Source of the DNA: Narcine bancroftii
Lineage: Eukaryota
Reading direction: 5' to 3'
Assembly (NCBI RefSeq): GCF_036971445.1
Contig: NC_091482.1
Location: 23,994,001 to 24,058,000, forward strand
DNA length: 64,000 nt
Shown: piece after piece, positions 14,750-26,065 of the stretch
How the letters are laid out: each line of letters starts with the position of its first letter
How positions within the stretch are numbered: position 1 is the stretch's first letter
Translations under genes and position numbers: made by a program
Notes under the pieces: model-generated
Database searches by the model: none
The model's input: the letters and a program-made list of their open reading frames with translations, nothing else
What the model was told of the DNA's origin: nothing

Positions 14750-16862
14750 TTTATGTAGATCTCCAGAAATGGTTCAGCCCGGTTAAGCAACCTGCATAGA
14801 AGGTCACTCCGATATAAAACCTACGACCCAAGGACCTCGCTGCCACGTCCCAGCTTGCTTGGCCACGCCACACGAACCATGGGTGTAAAGGATAGGGCCA
14901 GTAGTGCGCACACTGCACTCCACCTAAAAGCTCCTTTGTGCAGGCCCGAGGACATGTCCACGTCCTCCCCCTCAAAAGATGCTCACAAACTCAAGCTAGC
15001 ATGCTGGAACATCAGAACCATGCTAGACAAGGCTGACAGCCACCGACCTGAACGTCGGTCTGCCCTCATCGCACATGAACTCCTCAGAATCGACATCGAC
15101 ATAGCCGCTCTCAGCGAAGTCCGCCTTGCAGATGTAGGCAGCCTCCAAGAACAGGGTGCGGGCTACACACTCTACTGGTTTGGCAAGCCTCAGGCTGAAC
15201 GACGCCTATCTGGTGTTGGCTTCATGGTCAAGAACTCCATTGCCTCCAAACTCAAAAACCTCCCGACAGGCCACTCTGACCGGATCATGTCCATGCGACT
15301 CCCCCTTCAAAACAAGTGACGCATCACCCTCATCAGTGTCTATGCTCCAACCATTCAGGCGGAACCAGCAGAAAAGGACAAGTTCTACACTGATCTGCGC
15401 AACCTTATCCAACGCACCCCTACAGCCGACAAGGTTGTCATCCTTGGCGACTTCAACGCTCGCGTCGGCAAAGACTCAGAAACCTGGCCAGGAATCCTGG
15501 CAAGTGCAATGAAAAAGGGCGCCCCCTGTTGAAACTCTGCGCAGAACAACGGCTTGTCATTACTAACACCCTTTTCCAGCAGAGAGACAGCCTGACGACT
15601 ACCTGGATGCATCCCCGATCCAAACACTGGCACCTCCTGGACTACATTCTGGTGCGAGGAAGAGACAAACGAGATGTGCTCCACACCAGGGTCATGCCCA
15701 GGGTGGAATGCCACACTGACCACCGGCTTGTTTGCTGCAAGCTCAACCTTCACTTCAAGCCAAAGTTCAAGAACAGAAAGAGGTTCAATGTTGGAAACTT
15801 GCAGTCAGACGTAGTGAGAGGAAACTTCCAGGCAAACCTCCAAGCAAAGCTCGAGGATGCAAACTGCCTCACGGACACGTCTCCTGAAACCCTCTGGGAT
15901 CAGCTGAAAACGGCCAGACTGCAATCCACTGAAGAGGTTCTGGGCTTCTCCTCCAGGAAAAACAAGGACTGGTTTGACGAAAACAACCAGGAAATCCAGG
16001 AGCTGCTGGCAAAGAAGCGATCTGCCCACCAGGCTCACCTTGCAAAGCCTTCCTGGCCAGAGAAAAAAACAAGCCTTCTGTCTCGCATGCAGCCATCTTC
16101 AACGCAAACTCCTGGAGATCCAAAATGAGTGGTGGACTAGCCTCTCCAAACGAACCCAGCTTAGCATCGACATTGGCGACTTCAGGGATATTTAATGAGT
16201 CACTAAAGGCGGTGTACGGCCCCTCACCCCAAGTCCAAAGTCCTCTGCGCAGCTCAGACGGCGAAGTCCTCCTCAGCGACAAGATCTCCATCCTCAATCA
16301 ATGGTCAGAACACTTCCAATCTCTTTTCAGTGCCAACCGCTCAGTCCAAGAATCCGCCCTGCTCCAGCTCCTCAACAACCCTTGAGTCTAGAGCTGGATG
16401 AGGTCCTTACCCGGGAAGAGACATATAAAGCAACTGAACATCTGAAAAGTGGCAAATCAGCAGGTATGGATAGAATCCCCCCCAGAGGTCTGGAAGGCTG
16501 GCGGCAAAGCTCTGCATACCAAACTGCATGAGTTTTTCATACTCTGCTGGGACCAAGGAAAGCTCCCTCAGGACCTTCATGATGCCATCATCATCACCCT
16601 GTACAAAAACAAAGGCGAGAAATCAGACTGCTCAAACTACAGGGGAATCACGCTGCTCTCCATTGCAGGCAAAATCTTCGCTAGGATTCTCCTTAATAGA
16701 CTAATACCTAGTGTTGCCGAAAATGTCCTCCCAGAATCACAGTGTGGCTTTCGCGCAAACAGGCGAACTACTGACATGGTCTTTGCCCTCAGACAGCTCC
16801 AAGAAAAGTGCAGAGAACAAAACAAAGGACTCTACATCACCTTTGTTGACCTCACCAAAGGC
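14750..16862 (+). mobile_element. RTE-clade LINE, 5' part (APE endonuclease and start of RT), broken
   Basis: WNIRT, IAALSEVR, SVYAPT, GDFNARVG, YRGITLLSIAGK, ESQCGFR; truncated at FVDLTK. Confidence 0.92.
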
Positions 16863-17943
16863 CACATATAATTATATTTGGCCCGCAAGATCAGATTAAA
16901 TATATATTAGAGTTGGCCCGCTGGCCGCCGCGCCAGTATAGCGCATGCACACTGAAAGTGAAAATGAAGACGCCGGAGGTGTGGAGGGATCTCAGAGTCC
17001 CGAATCCCAGGGATCGGAGCGCCGCACTCAGCCCACCAGGCTCCCGGACACACAGACGCGGCTGGAGTTGGGGACCATCCTCGCTGGGTCTGTGCTTCAG
17101 CGGCGACGTCGGACTGAACGTCTCGTTGGCAATGCCTTCCCCCTCGCTCCGTGCGCAGCGGACCCTGCCTCCCGCTCCTTTTGTTGGAGACGAGCCCGGC
17201 GCCGTGAGATCGCAGTTTAATCCCTCTCCAACCATGGGTGGGGGGTGGGAGCAACGCGCTCTTCTCAGCCAATTCCTCCACCGCCCCGGACGCCGGCATT
17301 TCAACGGGTGCCTTCGTCAGGCGACCGACCTGTTGGTCCAAGACAAGGGGAGAGCGTACAAACTCCACACAGACAGCACCTGAACTCGGGTGAACGTGGA
17401 GCTGCGACCCCAGATTCCACATCAGGACTGTGTGTAAGATTGGGAGCAGTGAGACGGAAGTTTATTTTGTTCCTGTGATTTAAGCCTTTCTTGGGGTGGG
17501 GGGGGGGGGGTCCTTCTCTGACCACTTGCCTAACAATTAACCTAATCAGATGTGGAGTTACCACAATACAACAGTTCTCAACCTTTTTCTTTCCACTCGC
17601 GTCCCTGTGCCATTGGTGCTCTGTGATTAGTAAGGGATTGCTTAAGGTGGTCTGTGGGTGGAAAGAAAAAGTTTGAAGACCACTGCTTTAATCATCCCTC
17701 ATTGACTCGTCATGTGCACGGTTTCAGACGCTAAAGGAAATGGGCCAGTGACAATGACAATGACAATGAAAGAGTTTATCCAAAACTATTATTTTAATAA
17801 GAAAAAGTTTAACATTACATATGTTGAAAGAAGAGAAAACATGCAGATGTTGTTGAAAATTTTCAATAAATATTTAGTTCGGCCCTCGACTTAGTCCAAG
17901 TTTTTAATTTTGGCCCTCCGTGAATTTGAGTTTGACACCCCTG
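16863..17943. mobile_element. non-autonomous hAT/Charlie-type element, left end missing, with nested hAT-like MITE at ~17569-17685
   Basis: right end GAGTTTGACACCCCTG (reverse of CAGGGGTGTCAAAC); GGCCCG subterminal motifs. Confidence 0.6.
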
Positions 17944-18410
17944 GACTAAAGGATAAAAGAGCAGGCATTATGGCAAAAGTTCACAGGCTGTAATTAATTC
18001 CTTCTAAGCTTCCTGTGATTGTGGCAAGTTAGAATGCAGAGAATGACAATGTTCCAAAGTAATTAAAACTCTTTTTTAAAACAATACTTGATTTGATAAA
18101 TAAATTTGTAACACTGTAATTACAATTGGCATCACAAATATTGTGTATGAGAAGGAAATATGGGACCATGAGGTTCAGTAAAACGACATAGGATTTTCAG
18201 AATTGTGCTTGAGTGGTCTTTTCACTGATTTGCAAATTTTACTTTTATTTTTGGTTGTTTGTTGATATTTTAAAACAACGCAAGCATAGTAACACTGGAA
18301 AACTTCTCTGAATGGATTACACCAAATGGATCAAGATAGAATATAATGGATAGACTGGAAATATTTTCAAAAGCTCAAGATTTAAAGGATCCTTTTATTG
18401 TCATGTAATA

Positions 18411-18616
18411 TGGTGAAACACTGATTTTACGTGCCCCGATTTAACACAATTTCAGATATAATAGGATGAGTCATTGGACTCGGGTGTCAGGCTCCCGGCA
18501 GCAGCGGGGTCGTTGGGAAAATGTAAGTACAGTGAAACCCTGATTTAGTGTGACCTCACATTTTTCACAATGAGATTTTATGGATCCCAATGATCACGTT
18601 ATAACGGGTTTCACCA
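18411..18616. mobile_element. Tc1/pogo-type MITE
   Basis: TA|TGGTGAAAC...GTTTCACCA|TA. Confidence 0.6.
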
Positions 18617-20133
18617 TACATTAATAATAATACATGAATACTGAATACATCATATACTTTAACTTTTGTCTGCCAAAGGCAAACAAAGAATCGCCTTGAG
18701 CATTGCCCAGTGTCCCTAACAAAAGGAGAAAGACAAGCAAAAGAGAATCCCTCCAAAGTCACTGAGTGACCATAGATTCTCCTCCAACGCTCTCGCAGCC
18801 TCTGCAATTGCATGGACTCCGGTTCAAACCATTGGCAACCCGATCTCCAGATCCAAACCTCCGATACGATCAGCACACCAAGGCCCTTTGGGAGCCCTTC
18901 TTGCCCTCAGCACCTTCCCAAATCCCACTTCTGATATCCAGCTCCCATGAGCTAGTTTCCTGCAGCCTGTGTGGGTCCTTCAGACACTGAGCCTTTCTCT
19001 GCTCCATGGTCACCATTCTGTAGTGTCATCTCCTGTGCTTCTCAACGGGGATGGAAGGAGTGGGGGTATTCTCCCTGTTTCTAGTGTCCTACTGCATCCC
19101 TGGAGTTTGAAACCCCTCGTGTTATGCTGCCCAGCATGGGCGCTGACATCTTGGACGCAGACACCATGGTTTCAGGATTTAAACGTAGATGCCATTGACT
19201 CTTTTAACAGACTGTTGAAAGCCTTCATGGAGCTGTTGGCCATTAGGGCCAGAGAGTAGGACCCTGAAGAACAGCGCTGTGTCTCAGCTACCCTCTCTCT
19301 TGGGTAGAGCTGCCATACAGATTTTGATTTAATTTAAACAATACAAAATCCCTCAGATCAAATTTATGTTATGCAGTTTGTCACTGTTTAACAACTATAA
19401 CAATTTTAAATTTAAATTTAGACATGGAAATAATGCCTTCTAGGTAAGAAATGAAACCGATTCTCCACATATAAATTCAGATCGATGGGGAATGTTTTAT
19501 TGAACATTTTAAAGGTGAGCCAGGGTTTTTCAGAGCTTTGAAATGCAAATGAAAACTCTTTCTTCCCCTTCATCTCGCTACATGGCAGCTTTAGAAAATA
19601 TGCTTATAATCATGGGTTAACACAAAGTTAAATGTTTGCCATCATTGATTAAAATAACTTTTTTTTTAGTTTTTCTAATCAAGGCTGACAAATTAGTTTA
19701 TCATCAGTGAAATTTTCTTCAGAACTCAGTTATTGAACTTTATATGGCAAGTTAACCTAGGAATATTTAAAAAAACGTGTAAAAGCCAATTGAGATGGTA
19801 GCCCACTGTGTACAAGGCCAAAAAAGAGCGCATTACTATTGTTGCTGAACAATGGATATCTAGTTATCCGTACAATTGGTTCTATTCAAATGAAATGCAT
19901 GAAAGATAAAATCCTGAAGTCCTACACTACCTTACTCACACATTAGAGGCTCTATATAGGGAACTGAAAGAAATTGAAAGATGCAAAATCAGCAGGTTCT
20001 TGGTCAAATAAAAATCCTTTGTAATTTATAATTATGTTGATAGGGGTTGCATTGCACAGCCTTAAGCTATAAATTTTCAGACTTCACCCATACTTTATAT
20101 ATTTGTACAAGATTCTAAATAATTTTAAATGAT

Positions 20134-20692
20134 GCTCCATGTTGTCTCCGCTCCATCCTCAACATCCATTGGAGCGCTTACATCCCTAACGTCGAAGTAC
20201 TCGAGATGGCAGAGGTCGACAGCATCGAGTCCACGCTGCTGAAGATCCAGCTGCGCTGGATGGGTCACGTCTCCAGAATGGAGGACCATCGCCTTCCCAA
20301 GATCGTGTTATATGGCGAGCTCTCCACTGGCCACCGTGACAGAGGTGCACCAAAGAAAAGGTACAAGGACTGCCTAAAGAAATCTCTTGGTGCCTGCCAC
20401 ATTGACCACCGCCAGTGGGCTGATAACGCCTCAAACCGTGCATCTTGGCGCCTCACAGTTTGGCGGGCAGCAACCTCCTTTGAAGAAGACCGCAGAGCCC
20501 ACCTCACTGACAAAAGGCAAAGGAGGAAAAACCCAACACCCAACCCCAACCAACCAATTTTCCCCTGCAACCGCTGCAATCGTGTCTGCCTGTCCCGCAT
20601 CGGACTTGTCAGCCACAAACGAGCCTGCAGCTGACGTGGACTTTTTACCCCCTCCATAAATCTTCGTCCGCGAAGCCAAGCCAAAGAAAAAG
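20134..20692 (+). mobile_element. RTE LINE 3' fragment
   Basis: QLRWMGHVSRMEDHRLPK...CNRCNRVCLSRIGLVSHKRAC; short AAGA-type tail. Confidence 0.92.
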
Positions 20693-20702
20693 ATAGTACA
20701 AT

Positions 20703-21156
20703 TTTTCTTTGGCTTGGCTTCACAGACAAAGATTTATGGAGAGGTATGTCCACGTCTGCTGCAGGCTCGTTGGTGACTGACAAGTCCGATGCAGGACAGG
20801 CAAGCATGGTTGCAGCAGTTGCAAGGGAAAATTGGTGGGTTGGGTGTTGGGTTTTTCCTCCTTTGTCTTTTGTCAGTGAGGTGGGCTCTGCGGTCTTCTT
20901 CAAAGGAGGTTGCTGCCTGCCGAACTGCGAGGCGCCAAGATGCACGGTTAGAGGCGAGATCAGCCCACTGGCAGTGGTCAATGTGGCAGGCACCAAGAGA
21001 TTTCTTTAAGCAGTCCTTGTACCTCTTCTTTGGCGCACCTCTGTCTCGGTGGCCAGTGGAGAGCTCGCCATAGAACACGATCTTGGGAAGGCGATGGTCC
21101 TCCATTCTGGAGACGTGACCCACCCAGCGCAGTCTGGTCTTCAGCAGCATGGATTC
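20703..21156 (-). mobile_element. RTE LINE 3' fragment with TSD ATAGTACAAT
   Basis: ORF 20734-21207; TSD at 20693-20702 and 21165-21174. Confidence 0.9.
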
Positions 21157-21194
21157 TGTACAATATAGTACAATATACAGATGCAAAACACTAA

Positions 21195-22165
21195 AGTCTA
21201 CAGACACTGTGGTTGATGTAAAAACACAATACTGGAGAAACTCAGCAGGTCAAACAGTGTCCTTTATATAGCAGAGATAAAAATACATTACAGACAGGGC
21301 GGTATGGTTGGTGCAGCGGTTAGTGCAACGCCTTTACACCATCAGCCAACAGGACCGGACCTGGGTTCAAATCCCACAATGTCTGTAGGGAGTTTGTATG
21401 TTCCCCCTGTGTCTGCGTGGGTTTTAACCGGGGCCTCTGGTTTCCTCCCACCATTCAAAAACATACCAGGGGTGTAGGTTAATGAGGTTTAAATTAGGCG
21501 GCACGGACTTGTAGGGCTAAAATGGCCTGTTACCGTGGTTTATGTCTGCATTTTTTTAAAAATCCAGGCTTGAGCTCTTTATCAGGTGTGGAATATTGTT
21601 GGCATGTGTCCAAATAAAAGGGTAAAGGGGGGAGCGTAGTCACAAATCTAGGAAGTAATAAGTGGAGCACTGCAAGGGGAGAAGAGGTGGCTAGGTGAAT
21701 AAAGAAGGAGGTGGAAACAAAACAGGGGGAAAGGAGTGCAGATTAGCAGAAATATGACCCCACCAAGACCACCCGTAAATTGAATGAACATATGATTTTC
21801 CGTCTGGGCACTCTCCAGCCAGATGGCATTAACATCAACCTTCAGTTTATACTAACCTGCTCTCCTTTCTCCCTCCATTCTCTTCCCCCTGTCTTTTTCC
21901 CCTCAGCTCTCCACCCCCTTCCTTCTCTATTCACCCTGCCATCCTCCTCCCCCGCTTACTGCTGGGCCCTCCCTCCCTTCTCCACCTATTACCTCCTGCC
22001 TTTGTGACCATGCTACTCCGATAACCTTTTGTTCGGATGCCTGCCAACATTTTTCTATACCTTGACGAAGGGCTCAAGCCTAAAACGTCAGTTACATAAT
22101 TTTATCTTTGCTCTATAAAAGGACAATATTTGACTTGCTGAGTTTCTCCAGCATTGTGTTTTTAC
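21195..22165 (+). mobile_element. Penelope-like element relic with inverted terminal arms
   Basis: EHMIFRLGTLQPDGINI GIY-YIG C-terminus at ~21787-21840; arms 21218-21290 and 22095-22165 are inverted copies. Confidence 0.7.
21296..21560 (+). mobile_element. tRNA-derived V-SINE (HE1-like), full length, inserted in a Penelope relic
   Basis: B box GGTTCAAATCC; V-core GGAGTTTGTATGTTC..CTGCGTGGGTT..GGTTTCCTCCCAC; CR1-like 3' end. Confidence 0.8.
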
Positions 22166-22169
22166 AATA

Positions 22170-22705
22170 TGCAGATGCACCAATATGATTACTTGGTACA
22201 GATACGGACAAGACACCAACAACAATAGAATAAATTAAATTATCACCATGCCATGAGACAGAAAGAGAAACAATAAATTTAAAAGGAAAGATAAATAAAT
22301 ATTCTCAGTTGCAGTTACAGCAAAAAAAAATGTTTCAATAGTGCAGACAGTGGCCCAGGAGTAGTTTATGGTTCATGTGCACAGGGTCTATATAAGATCA
22401 GGCTTCTATGCTTTCTGTCTTAAGATAGCAGCCAGAAGAAATTGTGACCAGGGTGAGGAGGAATTTTATGGTGCTTGCTCCTTCATGAGGCAGCACCCCA
22501 CTAAGAGGGCAGGGCAGTGCCTGTGATGGACATGGCAAGATTTGTCACTTCCTACAGCCTTCTGCATTCCTGGGCTCTTGAGTTTCCAAACCAGACTGTA
22601 GATGCAACCAGTCAATATACTTTTTGCAGTACACCTGTTTGGCAGCATATTCAACATGCTGAATCTCCTCAGACTTCTTTGAAAGTATAAAATTTGATAT
22701 GCCTT
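22170..22705 (-). mobile_element. degenerate L2-type fragment (resumes at ~23370-23500)
   Basis: KSILTGCI..W remnant. Confidence 0.5.
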
Positions 22706-23367
22706 TGTAGAGTGGACTGTGGAGGGTCACGTGACCTTTCCAGCTGGAACCTGGTCAGAATGTAAATTAGGGACTGCCATGTGACACTCCAGCTGGAACC
22801 TGGTCGGAAGCCACCACATCTGTCAGCTAAGGTGAGGACCACCTATGCTGAGCACTCACCTTGCAACTTTTTTTAAAGATCACAGTGGTCTCCACTGGCT
22901 CTGTTAATCACCTGGGCTAGCCCCACTAACTAGCAGGGGGATATAAAGCTCGACATGTCTCTTTTCCCCAAGGAATGAACCCGAGCTCTACTCCAGGTCA
23001 TGAGTTAGAGCCGACACTGGAGAATCAAGATCAAGGTGTGTGCCAGTAGTGGTTCAGGGCTTTCTGGTGCACACTGATTAATCATCATTATATTGTGCTT
23101 CTTTTTCCCTTAAGGTTGGTGCCATACCTGCACAAAGTCAAAGGGTGGTGGGTACAGTTGTTACCTTTTCCTCTCCTGTACATCTCTATCTAGTGCAGTT
23201 TATAGATTAGCTTGTTTAGTTGCATCCAATGCAATTGCTTTCTGTTCTTTTGAGTGTGTGAGTAATTGTGATTCCCTCTGGCGAATTTCCCTTGTGGGCA
23301 AATAAACACAGTCATTACATTCAAACTGTGCCTAGGCTTTTTGGACCTGTAAAGCCTGTACCTCACA
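22706..23367 (+). mobile_element. possible solo LTR interrupting the L2 relic
   Basis: TG...CA ends, internal direct repeat CCAGCTGGAACCTGGTC, TATA-like ATATAAAG, AATAAA; no clear TSD. Confidence 0.35.
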
Positions 23368-23510
23368 TAACAGCACTCTTCACTATTACCTCGATGTGCT
23401 GGCTCCATGGGAGGTCCTCTTTGGCCTCCCGTTCCTGGAGTCCACGATCACTGAGAACAACATTGTTGTTCTGGCACCATTTAACCAGATTCTCGATCTC
23501 TATCATAATC

Positions 23511-24210
23511 GTGTTACTAGATTGATAAATGTTCGTTATGCAATGGTTAATTACAATTTTTTACATCAGTTGTATTTAACACCTGAAAAGTTTTTAAAAT
23601 ATGGTTTTAATGAATCAGACTCTGGTTTTAGATGTGGTAATTCGGTTGGAACTTTTTTTCATGCTGTTTGGTTATGTGCTCATATAAAATCTTTATGGAA
23701 AGCAATTCAATTGTTTTTGGAACATTTGTAGAAGATCAAAATACTTTTAGACCTGACAATATTTTTGTTGGGTGAGTTGAAGACTTTGAAAGATTTGGGA
23801 TTAGACAATTTTCAGATTGCTTTTGTATATTTAGCTTTATCTGTAGCAAAAAAATGTATAGCAAGTACATGGAAAAATGCTAATGTGATTGGTATTAATA
23901 GATGGCATAATGAGATGGAAACTTGTTTGATAATGGAAAAAAATCACATATGTTTTACATGATAATTATTCTTTTTTTTTTAATAAGTGGTCTTCATATT
24001 CAGATTATTGCATTTAGATTTACCCTTGATTAGATTTTAGTAAATATATTTGTTTTTTTTTCCTTTGGCTCTCCTAAAAGGAGCTACCAGAGAGGGGGAG
24101 GGGCAGTTCTTTTTTTTTATATATAATTTTTTTTATCGTTCATAGTATGTACTTTTTTTTACTATATGTAATAACTTTGTTGAATTAATAAATAAAGTTA
24201 AAAAAAAGGA
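23511..24210 (+). mobile_element. L1/Tx1-type 3' fragment
   Basis: YLTPEK...FRCGNSVGTFFHAVWLC zinc-finger-like region; AATAAA then poly(A) at ~24190-24210. Confidence 0.8.
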
Positions 24211-25769
24211 AAAGAGAATTCATATGTCACCACATGATGTTTTCCACAAGCTAACAAATTCTGAGATCATGGCATCAAACAATTAGATATGGAATGGATA
24301 AGGCTACACTCCACAGATACAAGATACACTTGGATTAGCTAATAAAATTGAGCTAAATAAAAGATTGAGTGAGAATCTGAAACTATGCTGGTCAATGGAT
24401 TCCTGTGATTTGAAAATATTCCTCTTCTGTTCAAATTCTCTCTCAGAAAACAGATTCTTCAAAACACATTTCAACTCATGAACAATATTGTTAAGACCTT
24501 CAAGCAGCAATCACTTCAAAAATCAGTTGAATAACTTCTTTCCTTCAGGGCTTTAAACAAAATAAGTTTTAAAAACGCAACAAAAATGGCAAGTAACAAA
24601 TATCAAGATGATTTGGGGAAACCTCACGAACATGAATGAAGTTGAAAGACTCTTGGGGTTCTTAGAATTAGCTACTAATATGTCCCATTAATGTAATAAC
24701 CGTAAAATGCTTGAAGCACTCCGCAGCCTTTGAAATCGAGTTTGGATTCACAAAATCCTTCAGGGTCATGAAACAAAAACGTTAATACCGCAAAATATAT
24801 GCACATTGTGTTCATTATTGCCAGTGCCAGTGTTCATTATTGCCAGTGCTCATTATTGCACGAGTGGAAGAACCATTTGCATGAACAATGTAAACATGAT
24901 TTTTGAAACCAGATGCCAGCAAGCCCTTCCCACTGAACCCAGCACCCATAAACCGTGCATTCCAACCCTCCTCTTCAACCCACATCTCCACTTTCTCCTC
25001 TCACAATGAAGGCCTCTTGGAATTAGTAATGCTAGAAGAATGTTGAATAAAAATAGTGAAAAATGGTAAAATGGAAGTCAGGGGAAGGCACTCAACCCAG
25101 GGCTTTGATGAAGCTGTACTCAAAATGCTAACAATATTAAAAAAAACACAAGACACAATCTCCATTGTCTGAATAGACTTTAAGCACACTCCAGGAGTTG
25201 GTTAATAAAGGGGAACAAGTAAATTCAGGATGTTATTTACAAATTATAAAAGGGAAATATTGATGTGATGGTTGAGGGGCAACCCAGAAAACGGTGCAAA
25301 GTGGTCAGCAAATTAAGAACTGCCCTCCGAACGTGGGAGATTTGTAAGCGGATGACTCCCAACAGCCTTCCTTTTCCATTCTGCTGTGGAAAAATCGACG
25401 TGCCTTTTGCCTGTGTCCCTTTAACTCCCACCCCAAGAGGCCTTCATTGTGAGAGGAGAAAGTGGAGATGTGGCTTTCCTTCAAGAGGAGGATTGGGCAA
25501 CAAAAATCCTTTAGGGTCATGAAACAAAAACGTTAATACCGCAAAATATATGCACATTGTGTTCATTATTGCACGAGTGGAAGAACCATTTGCATGAACA
25601 ATGTAAACATGATTTTTGAAACCAGATGCCAACATCTTTCAGAGATCAAACCTTCTGGAGGCCTAACTACTGTAGGGTTACGTGCAATGCAAACACTTTC
25701 CTTTGGGAAATAACCCTCCGATTCACTTCATCCCGAAATCCGTCCCAATTTGAATGGTGTTTCCCCAAT

Positions 25770-26065
25770 ACTCACCGAGCAGGCGGCCCCCGGGCCGAAG
25801 TGGCGGCGAGGCACCACCAGCCTCAGATCGAGCAGGACGAGCGCACGGGCCGGGGCATTGGCTCAGCCCACCGTCGCTTCGACGACAACGACCCGCCCGA
25901 GGAGCCGAGACGCGGCCACTGTCACCGGACAGAAGTTCGGCGTGGGAGGGAGTCGCCGCCGCCGCCGTCGCCGCTGCGCGGGAGTATGGGGGTCAGAGCG
26001 CCCCCTTCAGGCTGGAGGAACAGGCAGCAGCAGAGGTCGGCACCGACCTGCCTGCGCTGCCGTCA
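25770..26065 (-). promoter_or_regulatory. CpG island: probable promoter and non-coding first exon of the merlin-like gene
   Basis: GC/CpG-rich, (GCC)n tract at ~25953-25975, minus-strand donor CTCG|GTGAGT at 25776/25775. Confidence 0.7.

Noticed and set aside
21296-21380. tRNA gene (A/B boxes)
   Set aside because: It is the head of a V-SINE and continues into the V-core and LINE-like tail.
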